A stretch of DNA of 64,000 nucleotides from assembly GCA_028697555.1 (NCBI GenBank), contig JAQVEX010000001.1, forward strand, positions 4,585 through 68,584, read 5' to 3'. This document shows positions 1 to 8,147 of the stretch, piece by piece (the first letter of the stretch is position 1; every line of letters starts with the position of its first letter). The DNA is from Lentimicrobiaceae bacterium. GTDB lineage: Bacteria > Bacteroidota > Bacteroidia > Bacteroidales > UBA4417. Position numbers and translations under genes: made by a program. The notes beneath the pieces were generated by a model. The model ran no database searches, was not told the origin of the DNA, and saw only the letters and a list, made by a program, of their open reading frames with translations.

Positions 1-156
1 TGCTCCTGTGTACTTCTTAACTTCTTCTTCCAAGCTTCTCGCTTTCCATATATTGTTGCGTTGTGCATCGTGGTTGTACCTAAATAAAATGCCGGTTTCT
101 AATACGTCTTGTACTTCTTTACGTTCTTCGGCACCAAAAAATTCCATTCCGGGCAT
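1..156 (-). CDS. N-terminal 52 codons of a probable PLP-dependent sugar aminotransferase (DegT/DnrJ/EryC1/StrS-like); gene continues past the left edge
   Basis: Hand translation of the minus strand from ATG at 156..154 gives MPGMEFFGAEERKEVQDVLETGILFRYNHDAQRNNIWKARSLEEEVKKYTGA, open to the window edge. Family call rests only on the remembered N-terminal pattern. Confidence 0.4.
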   Translation of the reverse strand, partial: MPGMEFFGAEERKEVQDVLETGILFRYNHDAQRNNIWKARSLEEEVKKYTGA

Positions 157-379
157 AATAATATCGTTTTAAAATTCAACTACAAAAGTACATCTTTTTG
201 TTAATCATTTAAAATAAAGATGATATGTATTTTATGATTTTTAGCAGATTTAACACTAACCATAATGTTTAGAAACAATTAAGTACTGCAATTTTCACAA
301 TACTGTCAATTTTAACACTTTGTTATCAGATTTAGAAATAATATTAAATTTGCCGAAAATAAATCAAAAAAATAAGACT

Positions 380-1264
380 ATGAAGAAAGCATACATATTC
401 CCCGGTCAGGGAGCGCAATTTGTAGGAATGGGTAAGGATTTGTACGAAAATTATCCATTAGCCAAACAAATGTTTGATCAAGCCAACGAAATACTTGGTT
501 TCAACATAACCGATCTAATGTTTTCGGGAACCGAAGATGAATTAAAGCAAACGAGAGTTACGCAACCTGCAATATTTTTGCATTCGGTTATATTGGCAAA
601 CTGCATAAAGGATTTTTCGCCTTCAATGTCGGCAGGGCACTCACTTGGCGAGTTTTCGGCATTGGTTGCTTGCAAAGCTATGTCGTTTGAGAGCGGACTA
701 AAATTAGTTTACGCAAGAGCTATGGCAATGCAAGAAGCATGCGAAATGCAACCTTCAACAATGGCAGCTATATTAGGATTGGATGACGAAAAAGTTGAAG
801 CTGTCGTTAACGAAATTGACGAAATTGTTGTTGCAGCAAATTATAATAGTCCGGGACAAGTTGTTATCTCCGGTTCAATAAAAGGGGTGGAGTTAGCTTG
901 CGAGGCATTGAAACAAGCCGGAGCAAGACGTGCCTTACCTTTAAAGGTTGGCGGAGCTTTCCACTCGCCGCTGATGGAGCCGGCAAGAGTTAAATTAGCC
1001 GAAGCTATAGAAAAAACAGCTTTTAGCGAACCTATTTGTCCTATTTATCAAAACGTTGATGCTTTACCATATACCAATCCTGACAAAATTAAGCAAAACC
1101 TTATCAATCAGCTGACATCTCCTGTACGCTGGACTCAGATTGTTAAAAATATGGTAAAAGACGGTGCTACAAGTTTTATTGAAGTAGGACCAGGAAGCGT
1201 ACTACAAGGATTAGTTAAGAAAATAAACCCCGAATCGGAAACATCGGCAGGTACGGCTGAGTAG
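380..1264 (+). CDS. fabD: malonyl-CoA:ACP transacylase
   Basis: ORF 320..1264. FPGQGAQFVGMG, GHSLGE (active-site Ser) and GAFHS motifs. Start moved to ATG 380 (MKKAYIFPGQG) because the upstream 20 codons start at TTG and are not FabD-like. Confidence 0.9.
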   Translation: MKKAYIFPGQGAQFVGMGKDLYENYPLAKQMFDQANEILGFNITDLMFSGTEDELKQTRVTQPAIFLHSVILANCIKDFSPSMSAGHSLGEFSALVACKAMSFESGLKLVYARAMAMQEACEMQPSTMAAILGLDDEKVEAVVNEIDEIVVAANYNSPGQVVISGSIKGVELACEALKQAGARRALPLKVGGAFHSPLMEPARVKLAEAIEKTAFSEPICPIYQNVDALPYTNPDKIKQNLINQLTSPVRWTQIVKNMVKDGATSFIEVGPGSVLQGLVKKINPESETSAGTAE

Positions 1265-1276
1265 GAAGATTTGCTT

Positions 1277-1346
1277 TTGGCTATTGGCTGTTAGCCATTA
1301 GCAAATAACAATGAGTAATTACCAATCAGCCCCTGAAGTTTGGGGA
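1277..1346. repeat. heptamer array, 10 units
   Basis: TTGGCTA TTGGCTG TTAGCCA TTAGCAA ATAACAA TGAGTAA TTACCAA TCAGCCC CTGAAGT TTGGGGA. The last units contain the degenerate core CCCCTGAAGTTTGGGG. Confidence 0.8.
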
Positions 1347-1352
1347 TGTTTC

Positions 1353-1422
1353 GACATTTTCGGTCATTGAGTGCCGATATTGAGCGAAGCGAGATATCGG
1401 TGTATCGAAATGCCGAAAATGG
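1353..1422 (+). repeat. conserved nested-hairpin element, copy 1
   Basis: GACATTTTCGGTCATTGAGTGCCGATATTGAGCGAAGCGAGATATCGGTGTATCGAAATGCCGAAAATGG. Outer stem CATTTTCGG.CATT / AATG.CCGAAAATG; inner stem CCGATAT/ATATCGG. Near-identical to 40855-40923. Confidence 0.85.
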
Positions 1423-1450
1423 GGAATAGTTTCAAGTTCTGAATTTTTCT

Positions 1451-1482
1451 CAATAGCCGTGTCTTTAAAGGCACGGCTATTG
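1451..1482. other. near-perfect 32-nt palindrome (11-bp stem), function unknown
   Basis: CAATAGCCGTG TCTTTAAAGG CACGGCTATTG. Confidence 0.7.
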
Positions 1483-1507
1483 AAGCGAAATGCCGAAAAT
1501 ATTACCC

Positions 1508-1530
1508 CGCTCGCTTTGCAAAAGCGAGCG
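1508..1530. other. 10-bp-stem hairpin, function unknown
   Basis: CGCTCGCTTT GCA AAAGCGAGCG. Confidence 0.7.
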
Positions 1531-1547
1531 AGCATCGATAATAACAA

Positions 1548-1582
1548 TTTGCTGGCGCGCTTTTGTAAAGCGTGTCAGCAAA
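1548..1582 (+). other. 16-bp-stem hairpin that is fully paired only as plus-strand RNA (two G-U pairs)
   Basis: TTTGCTGGCGCGCTTT TGT AAAGCGTGTCAGCAAA. G1555 and G1557 pair with T1575 and T1573 as G-U; on the opposite strand these would be C-A mismatches. Confidence 0.6.
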
Positions 1583-1652
1583 AGTAATTGCTAATTACTA
1601 ATTGAAAATTGACCCGTAACCCGTAACCCGCAACACAAAAAAGCTAACAGCT
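1583..1652. repeat. heptamer array, 10 units, ending 2 nt before the waaA stop codon
   Basis: AGTAATT GCTAATT ACTAATT GAAAATT GACCCGT AACCCGT AACCCGC AACACAA AAAAGCT AACAGCT. Confidence 0.8.
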
Positions 1653-1654
1653 TT

Positions 1655-2914
1655 TTACAATTCTTCCTGCAACCACTGCATAACTTTCTTAGTAGCACCT
1701 GTGCGAGCTTTAATATAACTAAGGCAGTTTTGGCTTGCTTCTTTGTATCGTTGTTTGTTGTTGATTAGCTCGTTAACGGTTTTCTCCAAAACAAATTGGT
1801 TGTGAACGACAGTAACGGCATCACGTTGGATAAGGTCGTATGCTTCTTGAAATTTACTCATTTTAGGACCTATAATAATTGGCAATCCGAAGGCTGCAGG
1901 TTCTAAAATATTATGAATACCATCGCCAAAGCCACCACCAACGTACGCAATGTAACCGTATTTATAAACTTCCGAAAGCATGCCAATTGTATCTAATATC
2001 ATGACTTTGGCATCTTTTGTATCATTAATGCAAGCTTGCGTGTATCTTATGGTGTTGCACTTTGTGCTTAGCATTAGTTTCAAAATCCTTTCTTCGTTAA
2101 TTTCGTGAGGTGCAATGATGTACCTTAACGGGATTTCACTGTTTTCGACCAAACTCAATATTAGTTCTTCATCTTTTTCCCATGTGCTGCCGCCTATAAG
2201 CACCAAATTGTCTTTACAAAAAGCTTCTAAAACAGGGAAATTGATATCTTTTTGCGAAACTTCGAAGACTCTATCAAAACGTGTGTCGCCACTAATGCTG
2301 ACGTTGTTTATGCTGATAAATTCTAAAAGCTGTTTTGAATCTTCATTTTGCACAAAAATATGTTTGTATCCCGAAAGTATCTTGCGAGCCCATGAGCCGT
2401 ACCATCTGAAGAATATTTGTTCGGGACGGAAAATTCCTGAAATTAGCACTATAGGGATATTATTTTTTTGAAGTTGTTCTAAGATATTGTACCAAAATTC
2501 GTATTTAACAAAAAATGCTATGTCAGGTTTGGTAATTGCAACAAATTTTTTTGCATTCTTTGGCGTATCAATGGGAAGATATAGAATAAGGTCGGCACCG
2601 ACGTATGCTTTGCGTACTTCGTATCCCGAAGGACTGAAAAAAGTAAGCAAAATTTTATAATCGGGGTGTTGCTTTCTAAAAGCTTCGATTATAGGTCTTC
2701 CTTGTTCAAATTCGCCAAGAGACGCACAATGAAACCAAGCTTTTTTGGTATCGGGTTTGTTGAAGCCGTTACGCTCTAAGGCGATTTTTAATCCTTCGAA
2801 ATAATAATTACGACCTTTAACCCACAAGCGAGCTTTGCGGTTGAAAATGGAACTTATTCTTATACCGAAGTAGTATAAGTAAATGCCAATATTGTATAGA
2901 AACTTAGAGAACAT
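1655..2914 (-). CDS. waaA: 3-deoxy-D-manno-octulosonic acid (Kdo) transferase
   Basis: 419 aa. N-terminal membrane anchor, then the WFHCASLGEFEQGRPIIE motif typical of the KdtA/WaaA N-domain and a GT-B C-domain (GGSF/GGGFG..HNILEPAAFG). Confidence 0.85.
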   Translation of the reverse strand: MFSKFLYNIGIYLYYFGIRISSIFNRKARLWVKGRNYYFEGLKIALERNGFNKPDTKKAWFHCASLGEFEQGRPIIEAFRKQHPDYKILLTFFSPSGYEVRKAYVGADLILYLPIDTPKNAKKFVAITKPDIAFFVKYEFWYNILEQLQKNNIPIVLISGIFRPEQIFFRWYGSWARKILSGYKHIFVQNEDSKQLLEFISINNVSISGDTRFDRVFEVSQKDINFPVLEAFCKDNLVLIGGSTWEKDEELILSLVENSEIPLRYIIAPHEINEERILKLMLSTKCNTIRYTQACINDTKDAKVMILDTIGMLSEVYKYGYIAYVGGGFGDGIHNILEPAAFGLPIIIGPKMSKFQEAYDLIQRDAVTVVHNQFVLEKTVNELINNKQRYKEASQNCLSYIKARTGATKKVMQWLQEEL

Positions 2915-2925
2915 CGTTAAACATG

Positions 2926-3693
2926 TTAGTAATAATAATATTCGGTTTTTGTTTTCGGATAAAATGGCAACATCCAGCCGACTTTAATGCTGGTTAGCAT
3001 GTCGAAACGCTTTTCGTCGGCGTATTTCATATCATTGAAATAGTAAACGCGTCTGTTTTGTGTGTACGCCTGAACCGATTCAATGCCGATTTTAAAATTT
3101 ATACGTGTATTATCTCCCTGATAATGAAAACCAACATATTCAACGACTGCCGGTCCGTTGCATAAATGGTCGTAGCCCTTTTTGTAATCGCCGTCAAGTT
3201 GCGGAACGTTGTTGTTTGGTACGTCAATTCTGATTTTATGCTGCATAAAACCTGCTCCAATTTGAAACATAATACCCGAATTCGGATTAATTTTCGGTAT
3301 CGGCACAAGTTTGCCTGCTTTTACGAATGCTGTAAATCCCCTTTGTGTAAGCATAATGTTGGACAAGGTTCCGAGCATATCTATTACGCCGTCGGGAGTG
3401 GATATACCGCTTAAAATCGAGTCGGGATGATTGATTTTATCTTTGAAAATAAAATTTCCTTCCAACTCTAAATTCCACCCTGTAGCCGATTTAAATAAAA
3501 ACGAACCGCCAATTTGGTGCGAAGGACCAAAACGCTCTGAAAGATCACCCGAAGGGAAACCGAAACCGTAATGAACGGACAAAACGTTTATGTTCATTGA
3601 GGTATCTATTAATTTGACATGTGACCCTCGCTGCGAATATGAGTTAAATGAAATAAGAATAGCAACAAGTACCAATAGTAAGGTTTTATTCAT
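2926..3693 (-). CDS. hypothetical outer-membrane beta-barrel-like protein with signal peptide
   Basis: ORF 2926..3759. Likely start is the internal ATG at 3693..3691 (MNKTLLLVLVAILISFNSYSQ signal). Alternating aromatic/glycine pattern and C-terminal aromatic residues. No family recognised. Confidence 0.5.
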   Translation of the reverse strand: MNKTLLLVLVAILISFNSYSQRGSHVKLIDTSMNINVLSVHYGFGFPSGDLSERFGPSHQIGGSFLFKSATGWNLELEGNFIFKDKINHPDSILSGISTPDGVIDMLGTLSNIMLTQRGFTAFVKAGKLVPIPKINPNSGIMFQIGAGFMQHKIRIDVPNNNVPQLDGDYKKGYDHLCNGPAVVEYVGFHYQGDNTRINFKIGIESVQAYTQNRRVYYFNDMKYADEKRFDMLTSIKVGWMLPFYPKTKTEYYYY

Positions 3694-3810
3694 ATGGCAA
3701 TATTTACGCGTTTTTATCGACAGCATGATAAAAATTGAGTAGTTCTTTTTATTCTGCAAAGGTAGTAATTATTAAGTTAATAGGTAAAAAATTTATGGAC
3801 ATAAATTTTT

Positions 3811-3922
3811 GGTGGTTGGTGATTGGTGGAGAGTGGAGAGTGGTGAGTGATGAGTGATGAGTGGTAATCGGTGTTTAGAGGTTGAGTTTCGTGCTTTTGC
3901 ACCCTTCACCCTTCACCCACCA
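3811..3922. repeat. heptamer array, 16 units (G-rich arm then C-rich arm)
   Basis: GGTGGTT GGTGATT GGTGGAG AGTGGAG AGTGGTG AGTGATG AGTGATG AGTGGTA ATCGGTG TTTAGAG GTTGAGT TTCGTGC TTTTGCA CCCTTCA CCCTTCA CCCACCA. Confidence 0.8.
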
Positions 3923-4029
3923 CCATTTAATTATCAATACATCGCTTACAGTATAAAAAGTGTTAATCTTTTTCAAAATAATATAATATCGAATTAAATA
4001 TTTATCTTTGAACTTTTAAAACTACAGAT

Positions 4030-5169
4030 ATGAACAACTTTACAATGTACAACCCTACTAAACTTCACTTTGGTAAAGGATGTTGCGAGAAGCTTGGCGA
4101 GAAAGCAAAAAAATTAGGAAATAAGGCATTGCTTATTTACGGCAAAAATTCAATAAAAAAGAATGGAATTTACGACTTGATTGTCGAGCAGTTGGAAAAA
4201 AACAATATGACTTATGTTGAGTACGGAGGAATTAAGTCTAATCCGTTGAATACCGATGCCGACGAGGCAGTTGCTCTCGGACGTGATGCCAAAGTCGATT
4301 GTGTAATTGCTATTGGCGGAGGTAGCGTTATTGATACTGCAAAGATGGTGGCGATATGTATTCCTACCGACAATAAAGTGTGGGATTTTTATCAGCAAAA
4401 AGCCGTACCCGAAAAATCTGTTCCGCTTATAGCTGTACTTACTCTTGCAGCTACAGGTTCGGAAATGAACGGTATTGCGGTTCTTCAAAATCACGAAACA
4501 CAACAAAAATTCGGTTACCGCAGCAAATATTGTTTCCCGATGCATTCTTTTTTAGACCCGACTTTCACATTTTCAGTTCCGGCAAATTACACGGCTTACG
4601 GCGTAGCCGACCTTATCGCTCACAGTTTGGAGGCATATTTTGGTGCGGGCGAATGTACTTTGTCCGATAGATTTTGTTTCAGTATAATTTCTGATGCTAT
4701 TCATTGGTCGGAAAGACTTTTCAAAAACCTGCACGATTACGATGCACGAGCCGCCATAATGTACGATGCAACAATGGCTCTTAACGGACAAATAGCCTAC
4801 GGAAAAGCCAATACCGATTGGGGTGTCCATGCGTTGGGACATAACTTGTCGTTGCTGTTCGATACGCCGCACGGAGCAAGTCTTTCCATCATGTATTTGG
4901 CATGGATGAAACATTTTAAACCCACAATTGAACAAAAACTCATAAAGTTGGGTAAGGTAGTCTTTAATGTAGAAACCGCCGACGAATGCATTAACAAGTT
5001 TGAAGAATTTTTCAAATCTATTAATACGCCCACAAGGTTGTCGGAAGCAAATATTTTTGAAAAAGATTTTGATAAAATTATTGAGTCTTTTGTTCATAAT
5101 AGAGCGACAGGATACAATATCAAGATAACCGAAAAAGACTACGCACCGATATTGAAGTTAGCTCGATAA
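4030..5169 (+). CDS. iron-containing alcohol dehydrogenase (butanol dehydrogenase/YqhD-like)
   Basis: 379 aa. GGGSVIDTAK nucleotide-binding motif, and His-rich metal site (HALGHNLS...HG). Confidence 0.85.
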   Translation: MNNFTMYNPTKLHFGKGCCEKLGEKAKKLGNKALLIYGKNSIKKNGIYDLIVEQLEKNNMTYVEYGGIKSNPLNTDADEAVALGRDAKVDCVIAIGGGSVIDTAKMVAICIPTDNKVWDFYQQKAVPEKSVPLIAVLTLAATGSEMNGIAVLQNHETQQKFGYRSKYCFPMHSFLDPTFTFSVPANYTAYGVADLIAHSLEAYFGAGECTLSDRFCFSIISDAIHWSERLFKNLHDYDARAAIMYDATMALNGQIAYGKANTDWGVHALGHNLSLLFDTPHGASLSIMYLAWMKHFKPTIEQKLIKLGKVVFNVETADECINKFEEFFKSINTPTRLSEANIFEKDFDKIIESFVHNRATGYNIKITEKDYAPILKLAR

Positions 5170-5184
5170 TTATACGTTTTACAG

Positions 5185-5964
5185 GTGGATTTGTTTTTCA
5201 GAAAATACGGCAGCGGACAAAATATTATTATTTTGCACGGATTGTTCGGTCAGAGCGACAACTGGATTCCCGTAGCCCGACTTTTGGAAAAGAACTTTAC
5301 AGTCTGGTTGCCCGATTTAAGAAATCACGGACAATCGCCGCACAGCGACGAGTTTAACTATTCAGTTATTGCTCACGATGTTTGCCAATTTGTTTCAAAA
5401 CATAATATCACCGACTTTGTAATTGTAGGTCATTCTATGGGAGGCAAGGCAGCACTTAAAATTTCTGCCGATAATATTTGTCCTGTCAAAGCTCAAATTA
5501 TTATCGATATTGCTCCCAAGCAATACCAAGTGTCTGAATATCATTTGAATATACTCAAATGTATGCAAAATTTGGATTTAGATGAACTGAAATATATCAG
5601 TAATGTTGAAAAAGAGCTGAAACGCCTGCAATTCGACGACTTTACAATTAATTTGATAATCAAGAATTTGAAGTATGTCGATAAGAAATTAGTCTTTAAG
5701 CTGGACGTAGAAAGCATTTACAACAATATTTCCAATATTACGGCTCCCATTATTGCAAATAAGCCAATAGAAACCAAAACACTGTTTATAAAAGCCGATG
5801 AATCGGATTATATAAAAGCTGAGGATTTTGCTTTAATAAAAGAAAGCTACGTAAATGCCGAGTTGCGTATCATAGCTTCGTCTGACCATTATGTTCATGT
5901 TAGGAAACCGGTAGAGTTGAGCAGTTTAATAAGTGAGTGGTTTATGGTGGAAATGAATAATTAA
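5185..5964 (+). CDS. alpha/beta-fold hydrolase (esterase YbfF-like)
   Basis: 259 aa. HGLFG oxyanion region, GHSMGG nucleophile elbow, C-terminal SDHYVH catalytic His. GTG start as given in the ORF track. Confidence 0.75.
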   Translation: MDLFFRKYGSGQNIIILHGLFGQSDNWIPVARLLEKNFTVWLPDLRNHGQSPHSDEFNYSVIAHDVCQFVSKHNITDFVIVGHSMGGKAALKISADNICPVKAQIIIDIAPKQYQVSEYHLNILKCMQNLDLDELKYISNVEKELKRLQFDDFTINLIIKNLKYVDKKLVFKLDVESIYNNISNITAPIIANKPIETKTLFIKADESDYIKAEDFALIKESYVNAELRIIASSDHYVHVRKPVELSSLISEWFMVEMNN

Positions 5965-6055
5965 CAATGAGCAATGAGCAATTACTAATTATTCATTGAT
6001 AATTGATAATCGCATGAGCCCCGCAACACGTAACTCGCAACCCGCACCACGCAAC
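5965..6055. repeat. heptamer array, 13 units, filling the whole stop-to-stop spacer
   Basis: CAATGAG CAATGAG CAATTAC TAATTAT TCATTGA TAATTGA TAATCGC ATGAGCC CCGCAAC ACGTAAC TCGCAAC CCGCACC ACGCAAC. Confidence 0.85.
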
Positions 6056-6056
6056 C

Positions 6057-7010
6057 CTAACAATTCGGAAATAACGATAAAGAAACCTTATCTAAAACAT
6101 CTTTTGAGTTTTGCTTATCAGCGTGTAATTGCTCAATAAGAGCTTCTAAGTTTTTAAAACGTATTTCATCTCGCAATCGTTTTACAAAAAATAAGCGAAC
6201 ATCTTTGTCGTAAATATCTTCATCAAAATCAAAAATATTTGTTTCAATGGTCAAATGATGTTCGTCAATTGTGGGTCGGTAGCCGATATTAGTCATGCAC
6301 TTGTAAAACTCGTCGTTAACGCAGAGGTAACAAGCATAAACTCCAATTTTTGGTATTAGTTTATCGTTGTTGTCAATTTTTATGTTTGCCGTAGGAAAGC
6401 CCATTTTTCTTCCTAACTGATTGCCTTTAACCACAGTGCCGGAAATAAAATAGTCGTAACTTAGCAGTTTGTTTGCATCGGGAATATTGCCCAAATTTAT
6501 GCAATCCTTAATATCCGCCGATTTCACAATAGTATTATTGACTTTCTCATCGGGAATTTCAATTAATTTGAAATTATTTTTCTGAGCCGTATTTCTCAAT
6601 TCATTGATGTTTGTATTCATTTTCGATAGAAAATCATCGCTATTGAAGAAAAACAAAGTATCGATTTTTATGTTTTTAAGAATAGTGCTTTCTAAAAACT
6701 CGCAAGTGTTAAGGTCTGCCAACCACCTGTTAAACGGCACAACAACCAACGCATCAACACCCAATTGCTCAAGCATAAGTTGTTTTTCGTCTTCGCTAAG
6801 CAAGAGCTTAAAGTTGATGTCGTTGTACAAAACCTTTTCGGGAGGCGGCACAAAAGTAATTACGCAACTTTTTATATTTTGTTCCAATGAGATTTCGGTT
6901 AAGGATTTCAACACCTTTTTGTGTGTTAGATGAATTCCGTCGAAAGAACCTATTGCAACATTATATTTTATTTTTGAGTCAAAATCTGTCCAATTATGAT
7001 ATAGCTTCAT
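6057..7010 (-). CDS. ribF: bifunctional riboflavin kinase / FMN adenylyltransferase
   Basis: ORF 6057..7100. GSFDGIHLTHKKV adenylyltransferase motif and C-terminal kinase motifs (GFPTANI, IETNIFDFDEDIYD). Start set at ATG 7010..7008 (MKLYHNW), which overlaps the asd stop by ATGA. Confidence 0.85.
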   Translation of the reverse strand: MKLYHNWTDFDSKIKYNVAIGSFDGIHLTHKKVLKSLTEISLEQNIKSCVITFVPPPEKVLYNDINFKLLLSEDEKQLMLEQLGVDALVVVPFNRWLADLNTCEFLESTILKNIKIDTLFFFNSDDFLSKMNTNINELRNTAQKNNFKLIEIPDEKVNNTIVKSADIKDCINLGNIPDANKLLSYDYFISGTVVKGNQLGRKMGFPTANIKIDNNDKLIPKIGVYACYLCVNDEFYKCMTNIGYRPTIDEHHLTIETNIFDFDEDIYDKDVRLFFVKRLRDEIRFKNLEALIEQLHADKQNSKDVLDKVSLSLFPNC

Positions 7011-8017
7011 ATTCCTGCGTATTTCTTGTTTATGATAATTGCTGCAATTTGAATAGCGTTGGTAGCAGCACCTTTTCTGAGGTTGTCGGAAACAACCCAC
7101 ATGTTGAGAGTGTTTGGCTGTGTGTGGTCAATTCTGACTCTGCCTACAAAAACTTCATCTTTGTTTTGAGCCGATAAAGGAGTAGGGTAAAGGTTTATGT
7201 CGTTACAGTCGCTTAGTATTACGCCTGACGTGGAACTTATAATATCTTTAACTTCGTTTAGCGAAAAAGGTTTTTCAAATTCGGCGTTAATAGCTTCGGA
7301 ATGAGCCACCATAACCGGAACTCGCACCACAGTTGCACTGACTTGTATATTATTGTCGTTGAAGATTTTACGAGTTTCGTTAACAAGTTTTTCTTCTTCC
7401 GAAGTGTATCCGTTTTCGTTAAAATCTCCGCCTTGCGGAATTACGTTCAAATCTATAGTATGCGGATAAGCCATTGCAGACGGTGTTATGCCTTGCCTTT
7501 CACAAGTCAGTTGTGTTAAACCTTTATGTCCGGAACCCGAAACCGACTGATATGTAGAAACAACAATTCGTTTCAGTTTGTAATGTTTGTGCAACTCCGA
7601 AAGAGCAAGCACCATTTGTATTGTCGAGCAATTAGGATTAGCAATAAGTTTAGTGTTTTCGTTTACGCAATCGCCGTTAATTTCTGGAACCACAAGAGGT
7701 ACATCATCGTGAAGTCGCCATGCAGAGCTGTTGTCGATGACAAAGCATCCCATTTTTGTAAATTCTTTCGCATAAGAAATCGACAATTCCGAACCACACG
7801 AAAAAATTGCAATATCAGGCGATTTCTGCAAGCAATCGCTTATGGTCATTACTTCGTGGTATGCGCCATTAAACAATAATTTTTTCCCTTTCGATTTTTC
7901 GGAAGCAACAAAAAATATTTCTTTTATCTTGCTCAAAGGGAAATAATTTTCTTCGGATAAGACTTCCAACAGGGTCTCTCCAACTAATCCGGTTGCTCCT
8001 ATTATTGCTAATTTCAT
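7007..8017 (-). CDS. asd: aspartate-semialdehyde dehydrogenase
   Basis: 336 aa. IIGATGLVG Rossmann motif, NPNCSTIQ active-site Cys, SVSGSG. Confidence 0.9.
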   Translation of the reverse strand: MKLAIIGATGLVGETLLEVLSEENYFPLSKIKEIFFVASEKSKGKKLLFNGAYHEVMTISDCLQKSPDIAIFSCGSELSISYAKEFTKMGCFVIDNSSAWRLHDDVPLVVPEINGDCVNENTKLIANPNCSTIQMVLALSELHKHYKLKRIVVSTYQSVSGSGHKGLTQLTCERQGITPSAMAYPHTIDLNVIPQGGDFNENGYTSEEEKLVNETRKIFNDNNIQVSATVVRVPVMVAHSEAINAEFEKPFSLNEVKDIISSTSGVILSDCNDINLYPTPLSAQNKDEVFVGRVRIDHTQPNTLNMWVVSDNLRKGAATNAIQIAAIIINKKYAGI

Positions 8018-8147
8018 TGTTAAAAATATTTTTGCAACTTATTGTTAATAAAAAAATAATAACAACAATTTTACATTTAATTGTTCAGAAATCATTAGTT
8101 TTGAAAACTACAAAAATACATATCAATTTGCTAAACAAGACAGAAAT

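Noticed and set aside
320-379. N-terminal extensions in the ORF track (fabD from 320, barrel protein to 3759, ribF to 7100, delta-60 protein to 22918, PNGase-like 1 from 28275, wza-like from 55556)
   Set aside because: Internal ATGs give canonical N-termini or signal peptides (MKKAYIFPGQG, MNKTLLLVLV, MKLYHNW, MRTLILTL, MRKLLTLIF, MKQSNKLLIF). The extensions overlap upstream genes or promoters.
1326-1547. 73-aa minus-strand ORF in the fabD/waaA spacer
   Set aside because: It lies entirely within hairpins and repeat elements, has no recognisable motif, and its reading frame is a by-product of palindromic sequence.
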